DNA of 62,599 bases, the filler included, from Basidiobolus meristosporus CBS 931.73 (taxonomy: Eukaryota; Fungi; Basidiobolomycota): the NCBI GenBank assembly GCA_002104905.1. It is 4 parts of 4 records of this genome, joined end to end, with 100 filler letters (N's around TTAATTAATTAA, not from the genome) between each part and the next. Parts side by side here need not be neighbours in the genome. Positions count along the whole stretch, not along the records: positions 1 to 26,597 come from MCFE01000914.1; 3 more parts are not named here. The stretch is one strand, 5' to 3'. The notes under the pieces were generated by a model, which searched no databases, had not been told where the DNA came from, and saw only the letters and a program-made list of their open reading frames with translations. Shown in pieces: positions 12,604 through 24,896 of the stretch (within the stretch, counting starts at the first letter, position 1; every line of letters starts with the position of its first letter). The translations under genes and the position numbers were made by a program.

Positions 12604-14600
12604 ATGCCACCAAAAGCTAAAGCAAAGTTGTCTGGTTCTCAACCAAACCCCACCACTAATGGCAACAGAAGAGCAGTTGGACAAAAGCTAACTCTGACAT
12701 TCAGTGCAACAAGCAGGGCTGCATCCAAAAAAAGTCCCTTTGAACAGTGTGCCCATTGAAGGTAGTAATGTGGACTCCTCAGGCTCTCAGTCAAGTAGGC
12801 AATTGGGGGCCTCTAAGAAGCCACAAGCTGACCATTATGCTCAGGTAGATGAGAATGTAGCAAGTGCAGTACGCTCAAATGAAGATCACCAAGTGGCCAT
12901 GATAACATCACCACCACCCATATTAGCAAGTATGTTGTCAGCACATACCAAAGCATTAATGAAGCAATTAGGTGCAGAGGCTGATAGGATAGATGCAATG
13001 GCCCAGAGAAATTGGGAAATATTCCAGAAACAGGATGAGTGGATAATACATGTAGAGCAATCAATACCTCAGATAGAGAAAGCAGTATCTTTGCTGCAAA
13101 GAAGAAACTCAAGTAGCTCAATGTCATAGCCAGGAATTAAGCCATTTCCCAATGTAACAGCATAGGAACACCATACAGTGTTTGAAGCACTACAACAGTG
13201 CCCAAAGATAAAGTCTACAGAAAAATCTATCACAGCATGGCAGGGAGACAGTGTGGTGTTTATACCAAAGCCTAAGACCAAAAGACATTGAAGATTGGTT
13301 AAGCTGTTGAGTGCAATAATGAAGAGTGGGCTAATATACAAGAGGCCATCAGAAGTCCAGCACACCATCACCTTAATGCCAGCATACCATCACTAAAAAC
13401 CGGCGGCTTCCTCAAGAGCCTGTTACAAGCAGGGCAAAAAGCTCCAGACAAGCATCAAACAGACATCAGGTAGCTTGAAAAGTGCCAATTAAGGACAAGC
13501 AGGCAGACACAGATGCATCAGCACAATATTTACCAAGGAAAAAGCATAGTGCCACTCAAGAGGCACCTAGTCAAAGTAGCAGTGAAGGACCTGGCAGTGA
13601 TAAAAACAAACCACTTTTACAGGAGCCTGTCACAGCTACAGTTGAGAGCTCAAATTGAGTGGAAAAGAAACATTAAGCTGCCAGAAGAGTGCCAGCAAGG
13701 GCCAAGCAAGCCAAAACAGATGTGTCAGAGCAGAATTTATTCTGGAGAAAACATAGTTCTTTACAAGAAGCACTCAGTCAAAGTAGCAGTGAAAGACCTG
13801 GCAGTGATAAAGGAAAAGGTAAAGGGAAAAATGTCTACCCAAGCCTGAGACAGAGAGGCATGCAAGAAAAACTGCAGTTCTTGCCAATTGATGCCACAAG
13901 CCAGGAACAGGCTGAATCCCATCAAAGCCAAGAAGAATTACCAACAAAAAAACAGCTGCTTTGACTAAAGTCCAAAGCACAGCCAGTTGAGCTACACTCC
14001 AGCAAGGTAGATGAGTTTGCTAAAAAAGGAGACTTGTCTCCCTTCATTATAGGCAGAGTGGAGATCCCACTGACAGTCAAGATTACAATGTCAAGAGCTC
14101 AAAAGACTATCACAATGCCTTCAGTGGAGTTTTGCAACATTAATAGGCACACCAAGAGGTTGCAGCACTTCTTCAAGAGCAGTGCCCAAGAAAATGCACT
14201 GGAATATTGCAAGGATTGGTTGCAAAGACTGGCAGATGAGGAGCTAGACCTTGCAGTGCCAGCTGAAGACCAGGATGTGTGGGAACAAGCAAATAAACAG
14301 TGGCACAAAGTCATTTGGTTCCTGCCAAAGTTGTGGAACCAGAGTATTGCAGCAGAAATTCTTATTGAGTGGTGTATTTTAATGAAGTTACTTGTTGAGT
14401 ATGGGGTTGGGCTTAGTGTTGGTATAGGATATAGTGACTTGCATAGGTCAATATAATTGGTAATTGAGGTACAACTGAAGTTTCAATGGACATATATCAG
14501 TTAGTACACATGAAAAGTAAGAGAAACAGTTAAATCAGGAAGTAAGGAGTGTGAAAAAGAGGTAATAGCCAATTCATTCACCCAAATTTAGGAGGTGATA
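12604..14600 (+). pseudogene. Long degraded ORF of unknown function, divergent from CACTA copy A
   Basis: ATG at 12604 (MPPKAKAKLSG); pieces 12704-13129, 13689-13964, 14034-14456 separated by stops and frameshifts; duplicated block (QEAPSQSSSEGPGSDK / QEALSQSSSERPGSDK); CpG-depleted like the TEs. No domain recognised. Confidence 0.5.
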
Positions 14601-15975
14601 GAGTGTCTGGGATGAAAAAGTGAGTAAATTGGCAGGGAACCAATCAAAAGCCACTTATACATTGTTGTGATGAAAAATATTGACTAAATTTTTTGTAAAA
14701 TCTGGGGTGCAACTATTTTTCTACAGTCTCCAAATGGTATCCCAATGGGATCTGTACCTCTTAGTCATGGAACTTCAACTTTGTGACACCCTTTTGACAG
14801 TATCATATTAAAAATTTTTCACAGGGTTACATTGTTGAAGGTCAATCTGTTTGCCCCGTGGACAAGACTGCTTTGACTCAATGCCATAATAGAAGAGAAA
14901 AAAGACCATGTGGCTATTGTGGCAAGCCTCTCAGCAAATGAAGCATGCAGACAGCATAGGAAGTATTACAAGCATCATGGCCAGTGTTTTGCCACCCAAG
15001 TATTATTTGATCATTCATTGGTCACTACTGTACCAACATTATCTTGCTGGCCAGTTGATACTTCTATATTGGCACCTGGCTCTCTTTGTCACCTTGTGCA
15101 GACTGAGTTAGGTGAGTTTGTGATGCCTTTAGGCGTACCTCAGCTCTCTGAATATGGCATGCAGAGTGATAGCTCTGACAAAGAAGGCTCACTGATGGAT
15201 TTTGAGCCTATCTCCCCTAACAACAGTACCATGTGTGAGCCCAGTCAAATCCATATATGCAATGAGACAGCACCTGTTGAAACAAATGCCAAGGATACTT
15301 TAAGGAGCCAAGTGAGCCCAGTAATTGATCTACTGGTGAATGGTGTAATGTTGTGGCTAGAGATGAGGTGCGCTTCCACCAATATCAGTAATGGGGGCTT
15401 TGAGGATGTATTACTACTTTTTGCCAAAATCATACCAGGATGCAACTTACCATGTACATGGTACAAGTGGACAACCATCATGCAGCTGGCAACTTAGGAT
15501 CCAGAGACTACCCTGATTCCAGCATGTGTTAACAGTTGCATAGTATCCACATCCAAAAAGGCTACCATTGCAACATGTCCAAATTGCCAGGAATCCACCA
15601 CCATTGAGGGAAAACATTGTACACACTGCAGATATAATTCAGTGATACCCTGTCTGAGGAAGCTGATGCAGTCCAACAAATATTGCAAAGCTATTCAGTA
15701 CCACATTCAGTATCAATCAAAAGCAAACATATCCAGTACATTTGATGGCAAACATTACAAACAACTAAGAAGCAAGGGCTACTTTGAAGGTATGTATGAC
15801 CATGCCTTTGCTTTGGCACTTGACGGATTCTCATTGAACATGTACTTTACTAGCAAATCCTGTTGGCCACTGGTTCTAATCAATCTGAGACTGCCACCCA
15901 TCTGATGGTATCAGAGCATTTATCTGATGGCAGTCTCACTGGTATCTGGGCCTAAATTACCATCCAACTTGGATG

Positions 15976-17182
15976 TGTTGTGTTGTATTATGATTAGTTT
16001 GGGGCTTATTCCACAATGTAGAGGCTAATCAACAATATATAACAACTTCCAGTCTGCTAATACTGAAATAGTTATTGGGAGTTTGATATACTGATAGAAG
16101 ATATAACTTTCACTAATTTCCTCAATCTTAGGCTCAAAATATACTGTAGGCAGTGTTTATCACTTCTACAGCAGTGTTCTGACCTTCTGTTGACTGATGG
16201 GCTTATTTACTTTTATAGTGTCTTTTCCTTATTTGGAAGTCACTTTCCTTTCTGAGAAAATATTTCCTAATATGGAAATTTTGAGCTCCCCTTTGACATA
16301 AAGGGGTGTGTTGTAGAAGTCTCTAAAGGGGTGTCTTTAGAGTAAAGGGGCTTCTTGTAATGGTGTCTAAAGTGGACTTTACACTAAAGGGATGCCTAAA
16401 GGGGCTTCTTTAGAGTAAAGTAGTTTCTTGAAGGGGTCTCTAAAGGGGTCTTTAGACTAAAGGGGTGTCTAAAGGGGTGTCTTTAGAGTAAAGGGGTTGA
16501 GGGGACTTTTCTGACAAAAAAGTGGTAGTTTCTTGTAGAACTTAGATTGGATTCTTATGAGCTTTGCAGTCTCTGTACTGATGTAGTACCAATCAAAGTC
16601 AGAATACTCAACAGTAGAAGTGATGCAGGGGAAGTCTTACAACCCTTAAACTTGTAATTGTAGTGTGGAGATTCTGGAACAAGAGGCTCTCTCTTTATTT
16701 TTCAGCTGGAGAAGTCATATATATGAAAATGTTGAAGAATCAAAGTTTTTGGGCAATTGTGCAATCAATACACATGATACAAAGCTAAAATTTTGCAGTG
16801 GCGCAGATCAAGCATAGGAGCAGCACCTGTAAAAATTTCACGTGATATGATTGGCTGTTTCAAAAGTTACATGCAATCAAAGTAACCATAGTAATCCTAG
16901 CAATAAGGCATAGTATATATAATAATTGGACTCTTTTGGTCATTACTCCTTAAGTACTGCTTCAAATGAGCTGTAATTTGAAAGATGTGTTGGCTACTAC
17001 GTGTTCTGTATGCAATAATATTCTTGGGTGGATTGCTTCTCAGGGTTTGGGGCATATGTTCTTCAAAGTTGGAAATTCTTGATCTATCACTTGTGTGTTG
17101 CAATAGCAAAAAGCAAAATAAAGATATGAGTGCAATATTGGTTTAGAGATATTGTAGTAATGGAGTACTCTCCATTACCACA
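15976..17182. mobile_element. LTR-like insert (1207 bp), TG...CA ends, 4-bp TSD GATG
   Basis: GATG at 15972-15975 and 17183-17186; removing the insert restores the transposase frame (PSNLD-GYLFPLLDE). Confidence 0.8.
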
Positions 17183-17407
17183 GATGGCTACCTGTTTCCA
17201 TTGCTGGATGAATTTTGTATGCCTTCCAGCAGGATAATGGTAAATGGCTGTCATGTAAAAGCACAGGCTATTATCTCCATTGGTGATACCCCAGCCATCA
17301 GCAAGATAGCAGGTTTTTCTGGGCACAATGGACAATATTTCTGTTGAATATGTGAGATCCAGGGGATCTACTCCATCACTCACACACATTATGATTACCC
17401 AAGCAAT

Positions 17408-18138
17408 TGACTTGTTCTGTTGGATAGTGCCACATTGAGCCATGAGTGCCAAACAATGCCATAGTGTGCCAGGGAGGCCAAGTGAGCATATACTTAGCCA
17501 CAGAGTTGCAACATAGCTCTGCATCTTCATGCAAAGCAGCCCCTGTGTTTCACCCATTATGTTAGAGAAAATCCACTTTTTGACCTCTTTTTTAGGTCAA
17601 TGTTGTACAGGAAGTGTAAGAGGACAGAAGGACTGTAGACATGCATCAGGTACTCAATGCCCATGGCACTACAAATCTAGCTCATGTGGCTTGTAACATG
17701 CCACAAAATTGCATGGCACCATCTTGGTCCACTGGTACTATCTGGCACTATATTGAATTATTAGCCCTAAAGTAAGATCAATAGAAAGCACTTATAGTGC
17801 CAGATAGTACCAGTGGACCAAGATAGTGCCATGCATTTTTGTGACATGTTACAAGTCACAGGAGCTAGATTCAGAGTGCCATGGGTATGGAGTACCAGAT
17901 GCATATCTTCAATCCTTTTGTACTCTTACACATCTTGCACAACATTGATCCACAAAAAATATCAAAAAATGGATTTTCTCCTGCATCATAAGTGAAACAC
18001 AGGGGCTACTTTGCATGAAGATGCAGAGCAATGTTTCACACTCTGTGGCCAAGTATAGGTTCACTTGGTCTCTCCGGCACACTATGGCATCATTTAGCAC
18101 TCATGGCTCAATGTGGCACTATCCAACAGAACAAGTCT
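17408..18138. mobile_element. Foldback MITE copy 2 (731 bp)
   Basis: Arms 17408-17752 and 17793-18138 are reverse complements around a 40-bp spacer; flanked by AAT; first TIR base is T instead of A. Confidence 0.9.
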
Positions 18139-19071
18139 AATATATTGCAGGGTATCTGCTACCCTAAGTACTTCTCACTGGCTCCAATTTTTATTCATAT
18201 GCATATTCAACAATACAAATGCAAAGACTGGATGAACTGGATATGAATTTATTCAAGTGGTATTCTAAAGCCATTCCTACCAAGGGTACATTGGAAGCAT
18301 TGGGAGTTGTATGTGGACATTTTAGGAATATTTATCCGGATGCAGATCACCAATGCCAACATGAAACATCTACAGCGGATGTGTGAGGAGTTTGTGACAG
18401 GATATGAGCTGCTGTACTACAAGCATAAAGCTGAATGTATGGATCTCTGCCGCTACTCTATCCATTCTCTACTCCATCTTGTACAGTGTGGGGACAATAT
18501 TGGGCCTTGCTTCACCTTTTGGGAGTTTCCTATGGAGCAGATGTGTGGGGAGGTAGGAAGACAAGTCAAGTTGCAGGTGCTACCATATCCTAATTTCATC
18601 AAGAATATTACCTTCAAGTCTCTCATGGATGTGACCAGTTGGCACATGGAGGACAGCCAAAAAGAGTTGGAAAAAACTGATGACAAATGTGCACATGGAG
18701 ACACCTATGCCTATGGCATTAAGAAGCTAAGCAACCCCAATGCATGTGTAATCAGGTAAGTAATGCAAAGTTAGGTTGTGTGTAACAAGCAACTAATTTT
18801 CATCAGGAAAACTCTACCAAGATATGCCGGATTTCTCATGGTCACATGCCAACTTCTACATCATTCAATACAAAATTCACACAAACAAAAGTCAGAGGAC
18901 ACCAATAAGGGGGACTACAAGCCAGCAGGGAGTAGGAATATATCAGACTTGTTTGGTTGGATAGTGCCACATAGTGCCAGCCTGTTTATAGTGCCAGATT
19001 GATCTGGCACTCTATGGCACCATCTGGCACTATAGTTTCTGCCATTATGCCAGTGGTATGTTATAGTTACT

Positions 19072-19805
19072 AGACTTGTTCCGTTGGATAGTGCCACATT
19101 AAGCAATAAGTGCCAAATGATGCCATAGTGTGCCAGGGAGTCCAAGTGAGCCTATACTTGGCCACAGAGTGTGAAACATAGCTCTGCAACTTCATACAAA
19201 GCTGCTCCTGTGTTTCACCCATTGTGTTGAAGAAAATCCATTTTTTGACCTTTTTATTTAGGCCAATGTTGTGCAGGATGTGTAAGTGCACAAAAGGATT
19301 GAAGATATGCATCTGGTACTCCATACCCATGGCACTCTGAATCTAGCTCCTATGGCTTGTAACTTGTCATAAAAACTCATGGCACTATCTTGGTCCACTG
19401 GTACTATCTGTCATTATAAGTGCTTTGTATACATCTTACTTTAGGGCTAATAATTAAATATACTGCCAGATAGTACCAGTCAACCAAGATAGTGCCATGG
19501 CTTTTTCTAACATGTTACAAGCCACAGGAGCTAGATTCAGAGTGCCATAGGTATTGAGTACCTCATGCATGTCTTCAGCTCTTCTGTGCTCTTACATATC
19601 CTGCACAACATTGATCAACAAAAAAACGTCAAAAAATGGGCTTTCTCCTGCATAATAGGTGAAACACAGGGGCTGCTTTGCATTAAGATGCAGAGATATG
19701 TTTTACACTCTGTGGCCAAGTATAGGTTCACTTGGCCTCTCTGGCACACTATGGCATCATTTGGCACTCATGGCTTGATGTGGCACTATCCAATGGAACA
19801 AGTCT
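19072..19805. mobile_element. Foldback MITE copy 3 (734 bp), opposite orientation to copies 1 and 2
   Basis: Same TIRs; ACT duplicated (19069-19071, 19806-19808); central spacer reversed. Confidence 0.92.
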
Positions 19806-19864
19806 ACTAGGAATTTTACTCAATCATATTTATGTTGCTCACAGTAGCTCTTTTGTTGCTTTAT

Positions 19865-20746
19865 TTACTCTTCATAATGCTCCAGACACATTTCTCTCAG
19901 TGGATGTCTTCTTGTATGAATGTACTGTGCAGTGATAAGAATCTTAACTATTTTACCTATTCTGCTGTTTTCTCCTATATATGACTTTCCTCTATATTTA
20001 CCTGCCAATATGCTGAATCTCTTAGATATCCTATTGTATGATCTACCCTCACTCTGAAATGACTTAATATCTGATTGTTGAGCTTCTACTTCCCGCTAAG
20101 CACACCATTCCTTGGCTCCCTATAACCTATAATACATCCTAATCTCTAACAATTCACTCCTATAGTAGTTAAGTCTGCAATATATTTCTCCCCTCTACTG
20201 AGTTCTGGATGATTCTCTACCCAGGGTGCTTTGTCATGCCTACTTCCAGCAAATGGCCCACTAAACCAGATGATGATACCCTCAATGTCAGACAGTGCTT
20301 GAAACTTCACACAGTGTGCCTTGTACTTGCCAGAATAAAATACCTCTGCCCTCTTGAAGGTCTGCTAACCTTTACTGGAAAGGTATCCAAAATACTCCTT
20401 ATATGGCACCTGTTGCTGAACACTCTGGGATATAGAAGTCTATTGGAGCTTCTGAACCTAGTACTCCATGATTGCTTTAACTCATTCCTACCCTCTGCGA
20501 GGTGGTTCTCCATTGCTGTCTGCTGGGAATGAAAGCTTCTAGGACTCTTGTTGCCATGGATGGTGGGATGAAACCTTGTGGGGAAATAGATCTTGTAATA
20601 GCAGAGTAGCTTAACAAGGGATCTTCTTGAGTAGATTGGGGTAGAAGGTCCACAGTACTTAGTATAGATCTCTTCTAGTGTGTCAAAAAAAATCCAGTGG
20701 TAGCGATGGGAGTGATGAGAAAAGACCATTCTGATGAGTAAGTCAT
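19865..20746 (-). pseudogene. DDE_Tnp_4-type transposase of PHIS copy 1, frameshifted
   Basis: ORF piece 20307-20729 matches the copy 2 transposase (ILDTFPV...RPSRGQR); the rest is collinear but disrupted. Confidence 0.85.
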
Positions 20747-20847
20747 ATTAAAATTGGTAGATCATTGGGCTGAGGTGATTTGGCTTGATTAGCTTTATTT
20801 ATATGATTTTCCATACATTATGATTATATCTCCATCAATTGCCATGT

Positions 20848-21523
20848 TGTTGTATCCAGGAGAAAGGTGTAATAAGCTCTTGAATGAGTTAACTGAACCT
20901 AAGTGACAACTATGTGCAGAATCTTAGCATTGTCAAGAGTGACAGAAATACTAGCAGAGAGGTTCTGGTCTAACATTAGTCTTATAGATAGCTGAATTGG
21001 GTGATAAAGGCAACAGAGTAGGTTTACCATGCAGGCTAGGCTTGGTGTTCTTGAGAGTGCTAGATATGCTAAGCTTGGGTGGAAACTAGAATGGATTTGG
21101 TGAATTCTTAGTTTTGTTGAGGCACACACTAAACCTAAAGGTTCAGTAAACGTTATTTATACTTTTCTGATTGAGTTACATTAATAAGCGCCAAGAGACT
21201 GGACTAGTTGAAATCTGTTGGGATGCTGATAGATGCATAAGATAAATGAAAAATTGCATCATTAATCAACTGATGTCTTGGCAACTGCTAAGTGGTTGGA
21301 TAAATCTCAGATGGCTAATCATTTGGAAAGGCTTAGCAGCTCAGCTGAGGATGTAATAATCACATGAAAATTGATCAGGTGTGACAACTAAAAATAGATT
21401 CTGAGAAGTGATAAAATAAACTGTAACAGGGATTAGTTATGTTTGGGTTAGGGAAAATCAGTTAGGATACCAAATTTTCTAACAAAGTGAAATTGGCCAA
21501 GTTTTAAATTTAGATGCACAACA
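20848..21523. mobile_element. Solo LTR (676 bp), TGTTG...CAACA
   Basis: 5-bp TSD CATGT/CATAT (one G/A mismatch); copy 2 shows the empty site (reverse complement of 23.89-23.91 kb). Confidence 0.85.
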
Positions 21524-22420
21524 CATATATCCCATCATTATGTCACAAATGTCATCCTAAAATAATGACTTGGTATATTTATTGATCTTTTACTCACAAG
21601 TCTATAATCAAATAGGAAATCTGCAACTTATGTGATCTGATCTGTGTCAATGCAATCCAAGATGCATCATGCATAATAGACTTGTTCCATTGTACCGTGC
21701 CAGGGTGCGTGGCGCAATCTGTGGCTGTTAAGAACAATCGGGCGCAATATTATTGCTACCAGAAGGCAGGATTGTTCTTGGACAATTTTGCACTATGCGG
21801 GACAATCTTGCACACTATGGCACAATCTGACACAATGAGGTTGGCACAGATGATTGCGCCAACTTGTAATGTTTGCATCATGTGCACAATTGGATACCGC
21901 TATTATGGCAGGTAAAATCCGGTATTTGGATATGTTTCTTTAATGTAAATGGAAATAAATGTGTATGACACTATAAACTACACTGATGCTTACCATTTTG
22001 GTTACCCTGACTCCAATTGGACGGTATCTCAGTGGTTAATTGGTCCAAAAGTATCCTGAAGCTGGCAGCCCCCAATTGGCTCATTGACTACTATAAAAGC
22101 TACCTGATTTGCCATCAAATATCCCATTTTGCCCATTGAGCAAGTAAATCCCTGATCCTAGTGATTGGACAAGGTGTCATAGCTAGCACGCAAGCAATTG
22201 TGTAGGTGCAAAACAGATTCAATAGCTGCACTGGTATTACAGATGATGCATATATATGCAGGGTGTTTATTTATAGAGGTTCTGTCTCAAATGTGAGAGG
22301 ACCTTGATATTACTTATATCAAACATTTGATGATCACTGATTTGCAATGGCTCAATTTGGATTGCAAAAAAAATGGGTTGTTGGGATCATTACAAATAAT
22401 AGTAATTCAAAGCAATCTCA

Positions 22421-23512
22421 TCATCTTCTCCTGGGTTTTTTTCTCACAGGGATTACTACTGAAGCATTTGGTAGTGGCTCACTTTGCACACCTATACTAC
22501 TTCCTGGCTGACTATCATCTTGGCTACTTGTGTATTTGTAGTCAGTATTTTGCCTCCTAGTTGATGAGTGCAATGCTGCAGCTTGGCCATGCTGAATTGC
22601 TCCAACTGAACCAACTGAACCGGCCTGTAGTGCCACATGCTGACGCGTTCTTTTATTTACCAGGGGCTCTGGTGGTTGAGGCACTTCATGTTGGTCATTA
22701 TCAGTCAGTTCACCAGAAGTAACTTGCTGATGGTCAGGCAAAACGGCATGCGCAGACGCACCTTGACGTGTCGCAATGGCCCTTGGCTGAGTTTGATGCA
22801 ATGCTGCATGTTGACGCAACTTGGTCTGCTCCTATGGACTTGTGTCTAAATGAGCAGTTTGGCAACTTCTTGTAGCTTTGCTCTGAAGCGCGTGCGTTGA
22901 CTTAATGTGAGGCATTCTGGTAAAGGGTGTTGGCATGGTCTGGACTGACGTGCACCGGCACGCTGTGGTTGCAAGAGATGGTAGGGAATCCAGCAAGGTG
23001 TGCTGGCGCAATATGGATGATGTTGCGCGCGGTCTGTATTCTTCCTGCTGAAGCTCACCATCTGATTCCTCATGGTATTCACTTACCCTCTGTCTGATAC
23101 TTTGGAGCTGTTGCCTGGATGAGTCCTGTGTATATTGCTCTTGGAAGCCACTTAGCTCTACTAATATATCACGTAGTACATTAGTCATTTGAGGCAAAAC
23201 CTCATTCAAAATCTCTTTGGTTCCCAAAGATCAGGCACAAACGGACAAGTCCAGCCCGTACTGTGCAAATTGCGCGCAAAATTGTTCCTGCGCGGCTTCT
23301 TTGTCAAATCCCCTAACTCTCAGCTCATTCTTGATTTCAATACTTGTCTTGTTATATATCTTCTTACATACATTGGCTGGCATCTTGATGTAGAACTCAT
23401 ACCACAGCTTTCTACTCAAAATCTTCCATCTTTGTTGACTCTCTGAGGTGTCTTGTTTTGCTAGATTAATCAGTAGTGCCCAAATATCTGTATGAAGGCT
23501 CATCATAGACAC
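22421..23512 (-). pseudogene. PHIS ORF2, putative Myb/SANT (trihelix)-like protein, ~363 codons with two in-frame stops
   Basis: ORFs 23231-23512, 22832-23227 and 22421-22819 are one frame separated by single TGA and TAG codons. N-terminal WKILSRKLWYEFYIKMPANVCKKIYNK resembles the trihelix W..I...L...CK.KW pattern; the C-terminus is low complexity. Confidence 0.65.
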
Positions 23513-24012
23513 TTAGGCCATACTAAAATCATTTGGCAAGAACTCAAACAGATCCAACATTGACTTTTCTGGTCCGTACTGCGCTTGTGAGCTGGGGGAT
23601 GGGTTTTGTCTGGGTTGTACTAAAGATGAGTTGAGGCTTGGTATGGGGACCATAGCAACGGATTTGGATACTTATACAGCAGTATATTGGCATCAACCTG
23701 GTCTTATATGAAATATATATGAGAACTAATGTGATTGTTGAATTTTCCATATATTATGCATGATGCATCTTGAATTGCGTTGACACGGATCAGATCACAT
23801 CAATCGCAGATTTCCTATTTGATTATAGACCTATGATTAAAGCATCAATAAAAGTACCAAGGCATTGTTTGCGGATGATTTTTGCAACATAACAATGGGA
23901 TACATGGCAATTGATGGAGATTTAACCATAATGTATTAAAAATCAGATAAATAACGCAGATTGCGCCAAATCAATTCAAACCACCTCTATACAATCATCC
24001 ACCAATTTTAAT

Positions 24013-24896
24013 ATGACTTACTCATCTGATTGGTCTTTGCTCATCAATCCCATCACTACCACTGGATTTCCTTTTGATACACTAGAGGAGATCTATTCCA
24101 AGTACTGTGGACCAGCAACCCCAATCTACTCAAGGAGATCCCTTGTTAAGCTTCTCTGCTATTACAAGAAATATTGCCCTACAAGGTTTCATCCCACCAT
24201 TCATGGCAACAAAAGTCCTAGAAGCTTTCATTCCCAGCAGACAGCAATGGAGAACCACCTTGCAGAGGGTAGGAATGACTTAGAGCAAGCTTGGATTACT
24301 AGGTTCAGAAGCTCCAATAGGCTTCCATATCCCAGAGTATTCAGCAACAGGTTCCATATCAGGAGTATTTTGGATACCTTCCCAGTGAGGATTAACAGAC
24401 CTTCTAGAGGGCAGAGGCACTTTTATTCTGGCAAGTACAAGGCACACTGTGTGAAGTTTCAAGCACTGTCTGACATTGAGGGTAACATCATCTGGTTTAG
24501 TAGGTCATTAGCTGGAAGTAGGCATGACAAAGCACTCTGGGTAGAGAATCATCCTGAATTCAGTAGAGGGAGAAATGCATGGCAGACTTAGCCTATATAG
24601 GAGAGGATTGTCAGAGATTAGGATGTATTACAGCTTATAAGAAGCCAAGGAATGGTGTGCTTAGCAGGAAGCAGAAGCTCTACATTGAGATATTTAATCA
24701 TTTCAGAGTGAGGGTAGAGCACACATTTGGATATCTGAAGAGATTCAGCATATTGGCAGGTAAATACAGAGTAAAGTCATATATAGGAGAAAACAGCAGA
24801 ATAGGCAAAATAGTTAAGATACTTCTTAATGCACAGTATGTTCATAAAAGAAGACATCCACTGAGAGAAATGTGTCTGGAGCATTATGAAGAGTAA
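24013..24896 (+). pseudogene. DDE_Tnp_4 / Harbinger-IS5-like transposase (~294 aa), one 1-nt frameshift near 24570
   Basis: ILDTFP, YSGKYKAHCVKFQ, GSRHD, ADLAYIG, RVRVEHTFGYLKRF. Copy 1 has GGGGAG where copy 2 has GGGAG, identifying the lesion. Confidence 0.9.

Larger units (their letters stand above)
14800..18944 (+). mobile_element. EnSpm/CACTA-like (Transposase_21 family) element copy B, interrupted by an LTR-like insert, a MITE and the PHIS element
   Basis: Motifs LALDGF...SCWPLVLINLRLPP (15.8-15.9 kb), GDTPAISKIAGFSGHNGQYFC*ICEIQG (17.28-17.36 kb; TGA at an expected Arg), HSLLHLVQCGDNIGPCFTFWEFPMEQMCG (18.46-18.55 kb). No TIRs found. Confidence 0.8.

Noticed and set aside
16299-16504. 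Interstitial telomeric repeat
   Set aside because: The units are irregular TAAAGGGG variants rather than TTAGGG, and lie inside a TSD-flanked insert.
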